This document shows, in pieces, positions 21,882 to 30,930 of a stretch of DNA of 32,000 bases. The stretch spans positions 1,140,001-1,172,000 of the forward strand of contig NC_011979.1 of the NCBI RefSeq assembly GCF_000022265.1, given 5' to 3'. Origin of the DNA: Geotalea daltonii FRC-32. GTDB lineage: Bacteria > Desulfobacterota > Desulfuromonadia > Geobacterales > Geobacteraceae. The notes under the pieces were generated by a model. The model was not told the origin of the DNA. It did not search any database and was given only the letters and a program-made list of their open reading frames with translations. Numbering within the stretch: position 1 is the first letter of the stretch; each line of letters opens with the position of its first letter. The position numbers and the translations under genes are program-made.

Positions 21882-22868
21882 TCAAGGGTGCCTCAGGTAT
21901 GCACCGTTGACGATGTTGACCGGCGCGCTGGCCAGGAAAGAGCGGATGTTTTCGGCGATGATGGCAGTCAGCCTGCGCCGGGCGGCGAGGGAGGCCCAGG
22001 CCAGGTGGGGGGTGAAGATGCAGTTCGGGGTGGCGAGCAGCGGGTTGTCGGCCAGCATCGGCTCGTGGGCGACCACATCCAGCCCGGCACCGGCAATACG
22101 GCCTGTTTTGAGGGCCTCTGCCAAGTCTGTCTCGTTGATCAGCCCGCCGCGGGCCACATTGACCAAAAAGGCCCCGGGCTTCATGACGGACAGGAGGGCC
22201 GAGTTGACGAATCCGCTGTTGTCTTCGGTCTGTGGGCAGTTGAGGGAGACCACGTCGGAAACGGCGAAGAGTTCCTCAAGGGGGAGAAATCGGACTGGTA
22301 GCGGGCCGGGATCTTTGGGACGGGGATTGTAGGCGACGACGCGCATGCCGAAGGCGGCGCCGATTCTGGCGACGGTACGGCCGATGGCGCCGAAACCGAC
22401 GATGCCGAGGGTCAGGCCGTCCAATTCCAGAATCGACGTCTTCCAGAAGGAATGATCCGGGCAACGGACCCATTCCCCTTTCTTGACCGCCGTATCGTGC
22501 AGCCCGACCCGGTTGGTCAGCTCCAGGATCAGGGCAAAGGCGTTCTGAGCGACGGACTCGGTGGAATAGGCGGGGACATTTGCTACAGGGATGCCGCGCC
22601 GTCCCGCTTCTGCCACGTCCACGTTGTTATAGCCGGTGGCCAGGAGCGAAATGTAGCGCAAGTTGGGGAGTTGGGCCAGGGTGGCGGCATCCAGTTTCAC
22701 CTTGCTGGTGAGGATGATTTCAGCATCCCTGGCCCGTTCCACTTTCAGTTCGGGAGGGGTCCGGTCGTAAATGGTACAGCTGCCGAGGGCCTCGACGGCA
22801 TCCCAAGGGTTGTCTCCGGGGTTGATGGTGTAGCCGTCGAGGATGACGATGGCCGGGCGCTTGCTCAT
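21882..22868 (-). CDS. D-isomer-specific 2-hydroxyacid dehydrogenase (glycerate dehydrogenase / hydroxypyruvate reductase-like)
   Basis: The NAD fold is GIVGFGAIGRTVARIG. The catalytic region includes ARGGLINE and FTPHLAWAS. A strong aaggagg RBS is present. Confidence 0.85.
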   Translation of the reverse strand: MSKRPAIVILDGYTINPGDNPWDAVEALGSCTIYDRTPPELKVERARDAEIILTSKVKLDAATLAQLPNLRYISLLATGYNNVDVAEAGRRGIPVANVPAYSTESVAQNAFALILELTNRVGLHDTAVKKGEWVRCPDHSFWKTSILELDGLTLGIVGFGAIGRTVARIGAAFGMRVVAYNPRPKDPGPLPVRFLPLEELFAVSDVVSLNCPQTEDNSGFVNSALLSVMKPGAFLVNVARGGLINETDLAEALKTGRIAGAGLDVVAHEPMLADNPLLATPNCIFTPHLAWASLAARRRLTAIIAENIRSFLASAPVNIVNGAYLRHP

Positions 22869-22926
22869 GGGGCGGTTCCCTCCTTACTGGTTATGGAATA
22901 ATTCCGATTCATCCGGGCTTCCTTGG

Positions 22927-22976
22927 AAATAAAAGGCAGCCGCGACATCGTCCGTTCACTCTGTCGCCACAGCTGC
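22927..22976 (-). terminator. Candidate rho-independent terminator or attenuator between cstA and the dehydrogenase gene
   Basis: The minus strand reads GCAGC-ugug-GCGACA-(14 nt loop)-UGUCGC-g-GCUGC followed by CUUUUAUUU. Confidence 0.4.
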
Positions 22977-23151
22977 GGACCTAGCGGTGCCGTCCGCGTA
23001 ACGAAACACGATGCTTGAAGTAGCGGATCTCCTCCATTCGACATGAGGCGGGTGTCCGCTCACCGCTGCAGCTCGTCGTTCACTCCCGATGCCACGACTG
23101 CCTTCTCCGGAAATGTCTGAAGAACCAAGTTTCGAGAGTGTACCACAAATC

Positions 23152-24999
23152 TCATTCCTGGGCAGCAGGCAGGGCATACCGATCATCGGGGATCTCGACG
23201 TTTTCCACCACCGAATCGCCATTGGCATCGACCACCCGTTCCTTGACCTGGAGGAGTTTGTACCAGCGCAGGAAGGCCGAGATGAAGACGATGGACATGA
23301 GGATCATGAGGATAACCGAGAGAACGGCCAGGAGCATCAGCCCCTTGGGGAGGAAGTTGCGGGTAATGTTCAGATAGCCGGCGCTCATGGTGATGGGGAT
23401 CATTAAAATACCGGGCACCGCGGCCACCCAGGCGTAACGCGCCCTGCCGAGCCTGATGAGCATGGTGGCGCCGACAATGAGTGCGCAGGTGGCCAGCAGC
23501 TGGTTGCTCATGCCGAAGAGCGGCCAGATGGTGGTGATGTCGCCCGTATAGACCAGGTAGCCCCAGGCCGAGGTGAAAATCAGGCTGGTGATGATGACCC
23601 CCGGCGTCCAGGTGTTGTCGGTGAAACGGGGATAGACCTTGGCCAGCATCTCCTGGAGCAGGTAACGGCCGACCCGGGTGCCGGCATCGACGGCGGAGAG
23701 GATGAAGACTGCTTCGAACATGATGGCGAAGTGATACCAGTAGGCCATGAGGCCTTTCATGAAAGGGATGGAGGAGAAGATGTAGGCCATGCCCACTGCC
23801 AGGGAGACGGCCCCGCCGGGACGGCCCTGCACCTGCTCGCCCACCTCACGTGCCAGTTCGGGGAGGTTGACCGGCGTCATACCCAGGGCCTCGAATGCTT
23901 TGGGGGCGGAATTGATGGCGAAATAATCGGCCGGTACCAGGGTGCAGGCGGCAATCAGGGCCATGATCGCCACGAAACCTTCGGTGAGCATGGCGCCATA
24001 GCCGACGAAGAGGACGTCACGTTCCCGGGCGATCATCTTCGGCGTGGTGCCGGTGCCGATGATGGCGTGGAATCCGGAAAGGGCGCCGCAGGCAATGGTG
24101 ATGAAGATAAAGGGAAACACCGCGCCGGGGATGACCGGTCCGCCGCCGCCTGCAAACTGGGTGATGGCGGGCATCTGCAGCTGGGGGTGGACGGCGACGA
24201 TGCCCAAAGCCAGCATGACGATGGTGCCGATCTTCAGATAGGTGGAGAGGTAGTCGCGGGGGACGAGCAGGAACCAGACCGGCAGTACCGAGGCAAAAAA
24301 GCCGTAGATGGGGATGATGAGGGCGATCTCTTTCTTGGAAAAGGTGAACAAGGAGGCCAGGGTGGGGTTTGCCGCCACGTAGGGACCGGCCAGTACTGAC
24401 AGGAGCAGGAGCAGCACGCCGATGACGCTCGCCCCCTTGACGTCGCCGGGCCTGATGTTGTGCATGTAGATGCCCATGACCATTGCGATGGGGATGGTGC
24501 AGAAGACGGTGAACGTGCCCCAGGGGCTGGCGAACATGGCATTGACGACCGCTATGGAGAGCCCTGCCAGGGTGAGGATCAGGATGAAGAGAATGGCGAT
24601 GGAGGCGACTTTACCGGCGACGTTGCCGATTTCGGCCCCGGCGATGGCCGATAGGCTCTTCCCCTTGTGGCGTATCGAGGCGAAGAGGACGATGGAGTCG
24701 TGAACCGCACCGGCGACGACGGCGCCGATAATGATCCAGAGCGCTCCCGGGAGGAAGCCGAACTGGGCAGCCAGAACCGGCCCGAGCAGTGGACCTGCCG
24801 CGGCGATGGCGGCGAAGTGGTGGCCGAAAAGGACATACTTGTCCGTCTTGACGTAGTCGTGGCCGTCGGCAAGGGTCACTGCCGGGGTCGGCCGGTCGTC
24901 GTTCAACGCCATGACCCGCCTGGCGATAAACAGCCCGTAAAAGCGGTAGCCGATGGCAAAGACACAGAGGGACGTGAAAATCAGGGTTAACGCATTCAT
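23152..24999 (-). CDS. cstA: Carbon starvation protein A family (CstA/BtsT-type pyruvate/peptide transporter)
   Basis: It is a 615-aa polytopic membrane protein. The CstA-type N-terminus is MNALTLIFTSLCVFAIGYRFYGLFIARRV...HFAAIAGAGPL-like. An aggagg RBS is present. Confidence 0.9.
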   Translation of the reverse strand: MNALTLIFTSLCVFAIGYRFYGLFIARRVMALNDDRPTPAVTLADGHDYVKTDKYVLFGHHFAAIAAAGPLLGPVLAAQFGFLPGALWIIIGAVVAGAVHDSIVLFASIRHKGKSLSAIAGAEIGNVAGKVASIAILFILILTLAGLSIAVVNAMFASPWGTFTVFCTIPIAMVMGIYMHNIRPGDVKGASVIGVLLLLLSVLAGPYVAANPTLASLFTFSKKEIALIIPIYGFFASVLPVWFLLVPRDYLSTYLKIGTIVMLALGIVAVHPQLQMPAITQFAGGGGPVIPGAVFPFIFITIACGALSGFHAIIGTGTTPKMIARERDVLFVGYGAMLTEGFVAIMALIAACTLVPADYFAINSAPKAFEALGMTPVNLPELAREVGEQVQGRPGGAVSLAVGMAYIFSSIPFMKGLMAYWYHFAIMFEAVFILSAVDAGTRVGRYLLQEMLAKVYPRFTDNTWTPGVIITSLIFTSAWGYLVYTGDITTIWPLFGMSNQLLATCALIVGATMLIRLGRARYAWVAAVPGILMIPITMSAGYLNITRNFLPKGLMLLAVLSVILMILMSIVFISAFLRWYKLLQVKERVVDANGDSVVENVEIPDDRYALPAAQE

Positions 25000-25084
25000 G
25001 GATCCACCTCCTGGGGAGACTCCCGATATGGTCGGTTTATACCCAGAATAATCCAGGTCGGACAGGAGAAAAAAAGGAAAACGG

Positions 25085-25134
25085 TGAATGGTTGGATGGG
25101 AGGGATGAATGGTCGATTTTCGGCCATGAATGGC
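25085..25134 (-). promoter_or_regulatory. Candidate LytTR-regulator operator upstream of cstA: three direct repeats (A/G)CCATTCA spaced exactly 21 bp apart
   Basis: On the plus strand, tgaatggt occurs at 25085 and 25106 and tgaatggc at 25127. The sites lie 86-135 bp upstream of the cstA ATG, and a possible -10 tataaa lies between them and the RBS. Confidence 0.6.
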
Positions 25135-25150
25135 AGTTAGGGTCAGGTAA

Positions 25151-25906
25151 TCAGAGGTCCAGGGATCTTTTCAGATCCTTGGCATGATAGCGGCTCACCA
25201 TGATCTCTGTCCGGTTCCTGTCGTCCATGGTCAGCCTGAAACTGCCGTTGAACCAGGGGATCGCCTCCAGAACATGATTGGTGTTGACCAGGAAGCTGCG
25301 GTGAACCCGGACGAAGCCGTGACGGGCGAGTTTGCTCTCCAGTTCAGTGAGGGTGGACCGGCTCCGATAGCGGTCTGTTGCCGTATGGACGTGGACGGCG
25401 CCTTCATCCGCCTGGGCAAAGACTATCCGTTCGGGTGAGGTGGGGATGATCCGCTCTCCCTGGTAGAGGGGAAGCTTTCCGGTACAGCCTTCATGTCCAT
25501 CGCCGGCTGTCGGGGTTACATCGCCCGGCGCGAGTTTGCTCCCCATTAGCCGGGCCGCCTTGGAGACGGCCTTGGCCACCCGCTCCAGGGTGAAGGGCTT
25601 CAACAGGTAATCGACCGCCTCCACCTCGAATGCCTCGCAGGCATAATTTTCGAAGGCAGTGGCGAAAATCACCAGGGGGTGGGTGGGAAGCTCGGCAAGG
25701 AGCTGCGCCAGTTCGATGCCGCTGATGCCGGGCATGTGAATGTCAAGGAAAAGCAGTTCCGGGTTCGCTTCCCGGATTCCGGCCAGAGCGGTGCTGCCGC
25801 TACCCGCTTCACCGACCACGACAACCCCTTCCATTTGCTGCAGGAGGTAGCGGAGTTCCTCGCGGGCCGGTGTCTCATCATCGACAATGAAGGCTTTAAT
25901 GGTCAT
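25151..25906 (-). CDS. lytR: LytR/AlgR-family response regulator (receiver plus LytTR domain)
   Basis: The receiver region is FIVDDE...LFLDIHMPGISG...K. The LytTR region is FVRVHRSFLVNTNHV. Its start overlaps the kinase stop (ATGA). Confidence 0.9.
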   Translation of the reverse strand: MTIKAFIVDDETPAREELRYLLQQMEGVVVVGEAGSGSTALAGIREANPELLFLDIHMPGISGIELAQLLAELPTHPLVIFATAFENYACEAFEVEAVDYLLKPFTLERVAKAVSKAARLMGSKLAPGDVTPTAGDGHEGCTGKLPLYQGERIIPTSPERIVFAQADEGAVHVHTATDRYRSRSTLTELESKLARHGFVRVHRSFLVNTNHVLEAIPWFNGSFRLTMDDRNRTEIMVSRYHAKDLKRSLDL

Positions 25907-27621
25907 TGGTCTGATCCTTCCTTTTCGGTGCTGCCGGCGGGCACGGTGAAGGATACGGTGGTACCCCGGGCAGGTGCGCTTTCGATGCGGAGGTGGTGTT
26001 CCTTGCCGAAAAACGCAACCAGGCGCCCATTCACATTCTGCAGGGCGATGCCTACCCCTTCGTCCGAATCGGCCTCTTTTTCCGTGAAGAGCCCAGCCAT
26101 CTTTTCCGGCGTGATGCCGACGCCGTTATCCTGAACCTGGATAGCCACCACATCTCCGACGCGCCGGGCGGCCACCGTTACTTCACCCCCCTCCTCGCGG
26201 GTCAGGATGCCGTGGCGCAAGGCGTTCTCCACCAACGGCTGCAGGGTAAGCGGCGGAAGAAGGCAGGCCAGGGCGCCTTCCTCGATGCGGTAGGCGATCC
26301 GCACCCGATCGCCGAAACGGGCCATCTCGATGGCAAGGTACGCCCGGCAGTGTTCCAGTTCGGCGGCAAGGGTGACGAGTCCCCCTGCCGGGCTGATGTT
26401 GCGCCGCAGGAATTCGGCCAGCTTGACGAGAAGCTCCGAAGCGGTGGACGGATCGGTCCTGATGAAGCTTTTGACGGTGTTGATGGCATTGAAGAGAAAG
26501 TGGGGATGGATCTGGGCCTGGAGGGCGCGTATCTCCGCTTCCCTGACCAGCTTCTTCTGCTCATCCAGTTGTGACAATTCCAACTGGCTGGAAAAGAGAT
26601 GGGCAAGACCGTGGGCCAGTTCCATATCCAGTGTGGTAATGCCGTTTTCCTTGATCCGGTAAAGCTTGAGAGCGCCAACCACCCCTTCCTCCCGCCTGAG
26701 GGGAACGATGATGGCCGAGCCCAGCCGGCACCCCTCGGCGGTGCAGCCGATTTCGCCCCTCGTCAGTGGGGCGGCGATACGGCCGGAGGCGAGGGCCTCC
26801 CTGGTGGCATCGGTCATGAGTGCCATTCCCGGCCGGTGGTGATCTTCGCCGACACCGGCGTGGGCCAGGATAGTGGACTGGTCGGTAAAAGCCACCGCGT
26901 CCAGGTCGGTCATCTCCAAGATGATGCGGGCCGCCTGGGTTGCGGAGGCGGTGGTGAGCCCGCCGCGCAGGAAGGGGAGCGTGCGGAGGGCGATATTGAG
27001 GGCGACTTGGGCCTGAAAGGCGGCAAAGCGTTCCTGCTCCCGGAAAAGGGATGCCACCAGTTCGACGAAGAGGGCAAGTCCCAGGGCGTTGACGAGAATC
27101 ATCGGCAAGGCGATGGTTTGCACCAGGGCAAGTGCTGCCGGGAAGGGCTTGGCCACGAGCAGGATGATGGCCATCTGCAGCGTCTCGACCACAATGCCGG
27201 TGGCGAAAGCGGCGGCGGAATCGTAACGGTTCCGCCTGATCCGGTGGTAGAGGAGCCCGCCGGCAATACCTTCGGCAATGGTGGCTATGCCGCATGCCGT
27301 CGCGGTAAAGCCGTTCATTTCTATGAGATAGCGGTGGGCACCGGCAATGATCCCGGCCGACAAGCCCACCAGCGGCCCCCCCAGGATGCCGCCGAGCACG
27401 ACGCCCACGACCCGGGAATTGGCGATGGCGTTTTGCACCGGCACCCCAAGGTAGGTGCCGGCAATGCCGAAGAGGCCGAAGATAAGCGACAGGGAAAGGC
27501 GTTCATAGCGGCTTGCGCGTCCAACCAGGAGCCTCTTGAACACATCGAAGCGCATGATGAGGATGAAGGCGATGGCGAAGATGCCGAGCCTTTCCAGAAG
27601 ATGAATGATGAGGTTGAGCAT
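25903..27621 (-). CDS. lytS: LytS/BtsS-type sensor histidine kinase (5TM-LYT membrane domain, GAF, His_kinase, HATPase)
   Basis: The N-terminus is polytopic. The LytS-type phosphoacceptor box is QIHPHFLFNAINTV. The C-terminal ATPase blocks are ENALRHG and DNGVGI. Confidence 0.9.
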   Translation of the reverse strand: MLNLIIHLLERLGIFAIAFILIMRFDVFKRLLVGRASRYERLSLSLIFGLFGIAGTYLGVPVQNAIANSRVVGVVLGGILGGPLVGLSAGIIAGAHRYLIEMNGFTATACGIATIAEGIAGGLLYHRIRRNRYDSAAAFATGIVVETLQMAIILLVAKPFPAALALVQTIALPMILVNALGLALFVELVASLFREQERFAAFQAQVALNIALRTLPFLRGGLTTASATQAARIILEMTDLDAVAFTDQSTILAHAGVGEDHHRPGMALMTDATREALASGRIAAPLTRGEIGCTAEGCRLGSAIIVPLRREEGVVGALKLYRIKENGITTLDMELAHGLAHLFSSQLELSQLDEQKKLVREAEIRALQAQIHPHFLFNAINTVKSFIRTDPSTASELLVKLAEFLRRNISPAGGLVTLAAELEHCRAYLAIEMARFGDRVRIAYRIEEGALACLLPPLTLQPLVENALRHGILTREEGGEVTVAARRVGDVVAIQVQDNGVGITPEKMAGLFTEKEADSDEGVGIALQNVNGRLVAFFGKEHHLRIESAPARGTTVSFTVPAGSTEKEGSDQ

Positions 27622-27771
27622 TGACTCCCCCGCAAATTCCAGGACTATTGGAAATTCCAGTCATCGCCCATCTTGACACGTTTCGTCAAGGTTTATTATG
27701 CAGGACCTGGAACTGCCTGAGGGGAGTGTAATGGGTGGCGGGTTATGGGGAATCTCGGGCAGGGGTAGCCG

Positions 27772-28134
27772 TTACTGGAATTTTCGCACCGTCTCCAGCA
27801 GCTTGTTGGCATCGAAAGGTTTGAATATCCAGCCGCTGGCTCCGGCTGCCTTACCTTCGTTGACCTTGGCTTCCTGGGATACGGTGGAAAGGACGAGGAT
27901 GGGAACAAATTTCGATTCCTTGCGTTGCCGGAGCTGCTTTACCAGTTCGATGCCATCCATCTCCGGCATGTTCAGGTCGGTGATAACAATGTCAAGATTG
28001 ATCCCTTCCGTTTTTGCCAGGGCGTCTTTTCCATTGATCCCTTCGATTACAGTGTAGCCGATCCTTCTCAGGGTCAAGGCACACAATTGCCTGACCACGG
28101 CGGCATCATCGACAACGAGAGCAGTTTTTGGCAT
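27772..28134 (-). CDS. Stand-alone CheY-like receiver protein
   Basis: Receiver residues are ALVVDDAAVVR...VITDLNMPEMDG...ST...KP. The ATG at 28134 is preceded by aaggag. Confidence 0.85.
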   Translation of the reverse strand: MPKTALVVDDAAVVRQLCALTLRRIGYTVIEGINGKDALAKTEGINLDIVITDLNMPEMDGIELVKQLRQRKESKFVPILVLSTVSQEAKVNEGKAAGASGWIFKPFDANKLLETVRKFQ

Positions 28135-28180
28135 GGCGGGCTCCTTATGCAACACTTATCGGGGCGGTAAGCGGAATCTT

Positions 28181-28310
28181 TAGCTGGTTTCCATCCGGAA
28201 AGGGTTCTTTTCTGCCCTGGCGGCGTCAATCTGCGGGCTTACTTGTGCGACGTACCGATGTACGTCTCCGCGCAAGTCCCTGATTTCCTCGCTTTCCGGA
28301 TGGAACCTAG
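28181..28310. mobile_element. MITE-like element family C, about 130 bp and highly structured
   Basis: The terminal inverted repeats are ggtttccatccggaaag and ctttccggatggaacc. Internal hairpins are gacgtac-cgat-gtacgtc and acttgtgcg...cgcgcaagt. Its right CTAG is shared with the next element. Confidence 0.6.
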
Positions 28311-28472
28311 TATCCCGATCGGTTAATTCATTCCTTACAATTCTGGCTCTTTTGGCCCCTGGCTGCGTTGCGTCTCCTTGGCTTAGGCCCTGCTAGGCCT
28401 GCGTCGCCGCGCCTTGCCAGGAACCAAAATCCCTCAGAATTCTTGCGGTGAACTAACCGCACGGGACACTAG
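28307..28472 (+). mobile_element. MITE-like element family A, 166 bp, with CTAG at both ends
   Basis: ctagtatcccgatcgg...ccgcacgggacactag is the reverse complement of 14868-15033 with a few mismatches. Confidence 0.85.
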
Positions 28473-28648
28473 CTGGAAAGGAGAAAGAAAAAATGTCGGG
28501 ATGTTTAATCATTGTAAAAAAATCCGACGAAAAAACTGGGCTCTTTGGTCATTACCGGTACTGATTGTATCGAAAAATTAACCCCTTACGCGCGGGCATA
28601 AAATTTGTATTATTTAACCTGGAGCAGATTGGAAAAAATGGAGGCCCT

Positions 28649-29443
28649 ATGCTGCAATTTCGTTGTACGCTCCAGGATGCCAGGAAGCTGCTTTTCCTGC
28701 TTTTTACCATTGAGATTATCCTCGCCGTTATCTTCGTTGCCGATTATGTGATGGGTAAGCCCTCCTATTCCATCCATGTCCTGTTTGACCTGGATGGAGA
28801 AGCATGTATACCGGCATGGTTTTCTTCAATGCAGCTTTTCCTGATAGGCGCCGTCTTCTTGCTTGCCGGACGGGCACCAGCTGCATCCCGTCCGCCCCCT
28901 GCTTTATTCCTGATGCTCATTGGTGCAGGTTTCATATTTCTTTCCGCAGATGAAGCGGGAATGATACACGAAAGGCTTCGAGGCTTGGTTAAACATGCTG
29001 CTGCGGCCATGCCTCAGGTCAATAGCCATGGCGCATGGATTTCCATATATGCTGTTGTCGGCACAGTATTGCTGCTGTCCTGCTACCGGCATCTGCTCTT
29101 CATGTTCAAGTTTTTCCGGCGGGAAGCGGCCATAATTATGTCCGGCTTCGGTATCATGTGCCTGGGTGCGGTCGGATTGGAAATCATAAGCTACGCATTT
29201 CTGCGCAATGGTGCCACTCCGCTGTTGTATGCACTTGAAGTTGCGCTGGAAGAGTTCTTTGAAATGGCAGGTGCAAGCGTCATTCTCTACGGTGTAACCC
29301 GTTTTGCCATAAACCGGCTTCAGGTTCCAACCATGGACGCCATCCCGCCGGCTGCTACTTTTTCGGTGCCTACTAGTGCGGTTGCAGACTGCTCTTCCAC
29401 GGCGATGGGACAAGCGGCGCATTCCGTGGATGCAACTCGTTGA
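28649..29443 (+). CDS. Polytopic membrane protein of unknown function
   Basis: The ATG at 28649 is preceded by ggagg. About seven hydrophobic helices are present. No motif was recognised. Confidence 0.55.
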   Translation: MLQFRCTLQDARKLLFLLFTIEIILAVIFVADYVMGKPSYSIHVLFDLDGEACIPAWFSSMQLFLIGAVFLLAGRAPAASRPPPALFLMLIGAGFIFLSADEAGMIHERLRGLVKHAAAAMPQVNSHGAWISIYAVVGTVLLLSCYRHLLFMFKFFRREAAIIMSGFGIMCLGAVGLEIISYAFLRNGATPLLYALEVALEEFFEMAGASVILYGVTRFAINRLQVPTMDAIPPAATFSVPTSAVADCSSTAMGQAAHSVDATR

Positions 29444-29454
29444 AAGGAATTCTC

Positions 29455-29787
29455 TCAGAAAATCAGGCCGAGCAGATAGTTGACCAGCACCAGCACCAGG
29501 CTGAAGAGTAGCGCCTGCCAGAAACCGCTCACGGAAAAGCCGGGAACAATAGCGCTGGTCAGCATGATGAGCACGGCATTGATGACCAGGGTGAACAATC
29601 CGAGAGTGAGGATGTTGATGGGGAGAGTAAGGAGAAATAAGAGCGGCTTGATGACCGCATTGATGAGACCCAGAACCCCGGCGGTGATGAAGGCTGCCGG
29701 AAATCCTGAAAGCTTTACTCCGGGCAGCAGGTAAGCGGTTATGGCAATAGCCAGGGCGGAAACCAGCCACGTAACTAGAAATCCCAT
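29455..29787 (-). CDS. Small membrane protein of the DUF360 / phage-holin-4-like family
   Basis: It is 110 aa with four hydrophobic segments. The family-typical core is LPGVKLSGF..AFITAGVLGLINAVIKPLLFLLTLPINILTLGLF. Confidence 0.7.
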   Translation of the reverse strand: MGFLVTWLVSALAIAITAYLLPGVKLSGFPAAFITAGVLGLINAVIKPLLFLLTLPINILTLGLFTLVINAVLIMLTSAIVPGFSVSGFWQALLFSLVLVLVNYLLGLIF

Positions 29788-29967
29788 GCTTCCTCCAATA
29801 CATCTGGTGAGTTTTCAGACGAAAATCATAAAACAATTGTAGCGTGAGTAGTACGACCCGCCAAGAAAAAGCTGGAAATTTTCTTGTTTTCTGCGTATTT
29901 ATATGGGCTGTGCAACGGGCATTGCCAAGGGTGCCGGTTCGAAACCTGATGCAGGGAACGGAAAGAA

Positions 29968-30930
29968 TTGCAAGCTATAATCCCTCCATTCTGGCTGATA
30001 ATTGCGGCCGTCATCACCATCTCCTTCCCGTCGGAAGTCCTGGCCGGCAGCCTGGGCTGGCCTGTCGCCTGTATTCCCGGCGAAAACTGCAAGGGGAGCA
30101 CGTTTTATATAGGCTATCCGGATATCGACCGCAGCGGCAAGGCCTTTGATTGCGGTAACCCAGGCTACACCGGCCATACCGGGACCGATATAACCGTTTC
30201 GTCGGTGAAGGACGGAATTCCGGTCCGGGCTGCTGCCGATGGCGAAGTGTTGCTGGTCTCCGGGGGGAAGGTGGATCATTGCTCGGGTGACGGCGGAACT
30301 GCGGGTGGCTGCCTGCAGGATATTGCTGCCACGGAAGACCCCGGCACCATTTGCCTCGGTGCGGATGGTTGCTTCTCATGGGGCTTCGACGCCGGCAATT
30401 TCATACTCATTCGCCACGGCGAGCTTCCCCAGGCTCTCTTTACCCTTTATGCCCACCTGCGTCGCGGTTCCATAGCCGTTACCAACGGCAACTTGGTGAA
30501 AAAGGGGGAGAAGATCGCCGAGGTGGGGAACTCCGGTGCTTCCCTGACCCCACACCTCCATTTTGGGGTCTTTGCCAGGCGTCTTTTCGGTAATGAGCTT
30601 GTCGACCCGTGGCAGGGGAGTTGCAGCCCCGATCATCACCAGACGCTTTGGCAATACGACCCGCCGTACCGTGCCGATGTCTTTGTCATCAAGGCTGGTA
30701 CCGGTGAAGGCATTATTACCTGTGATAGCGGCGGAATCTCCTGCCCCACATCCTCCCCGGCCAGTTTCATCCCCGGTACATTCGTAACATTCAAGGCTGT
30801 TCCCTATTACGGCTCGCAATTTATCGGCTGGCAGGAGGGCTGTTCCGGCAATGCCAAAAGTTGCACAATTACGGTTGAAGGCTCTATAGCTGTAAAAGCC
30901 CTTTTTGCGAGGGGGGAGCGGCGCCCATGA
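29968..30930 (+). CDS. Secreted M23-family metallopeptidase with a C-terminal beta-repeat domain
   Basis: The M23 zinc motifs are HTGTDI and TPHLHFGV. The N-terminus is signal-like (TTG start, so the start position is uncertain). The C-terminal FVTFKAVPYYGSQFIGWQEGCSGNAKSCTITV resembles InlB-B-repeat-like domains. Confidence 0.8.
   Translation: MQAIIPPFWLIIAAVITISFPSEVLAGSLGWPVACIPGENCKGSTFYIGYPDIDRSGKAFDCGNPGYTGHTGTDITVSSVKDGIPVRAAADGEVLLVSGGKVDHCSGDGGTAGGCLQDIAATEDPGTICLGADGCFSWGFDAGNFILIRHGELPQALFTLYAHLRRGSIAVTNGNLVKKGEKIAEVGNSGASLTPHLHFGVFARRLFGNELVDPWQGSCSPDHHQTLWQYDPPYRADVFVIKAGTGEGIITCDSGGISCPTSSPASFIPGTFVTFKAVPYYGSQFIGWQEGCSGNAKSCTITVEGSIAVKALFARGERRP

Noticed and set aside
22977-23151. 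Attempt to assign the cstA-dehydrogenase spacer to glycine, ZTP, ykkC, T-box, SAH, fluoride or c-di-GMP riboswitch classes
   Set aside because: None of the conserved core sequences I remember for these classes is present. It is kept only as an unclassified structured region.
23731-27624. Long plus-strand ORFs (222 aa at 23731-24399, 193 aa at 25993-26574, 341 aa at 26599-27624) opposite cstA, lytR and lytS
   Set aside because: They are Gly/Asp/Arg-rich antisense shadow ORFs of strongly supported minus-strand genes.
27631-27661. Direct repeat aaattccag spaced 18 bp apart upstream of lytS, considered as a sigma-54 or regulator site
   Set aside because: The GG/GC spacing does not fit the -24/-12 consensus. 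There are only two short copies and no independent support.
28493-28564. 23-codon ORF (MSGCLIIVKKSDEKTGLFGHYRY) with a strong aggag RBS just after the MITE pair
   Set aside because: It is too short to support from sequence alone and has no recognisable leader-peptide logic. It may be a by-product of the AT-rich spacer.
29925-29955. tRNA-like T-loop sequence gccggttcgaaacc
   Set aside because: The flanking bases cannot form a T-stem (gccgg against cctga). No acceptor or anticodon arms could be drawn in the surrounding 90 nt.
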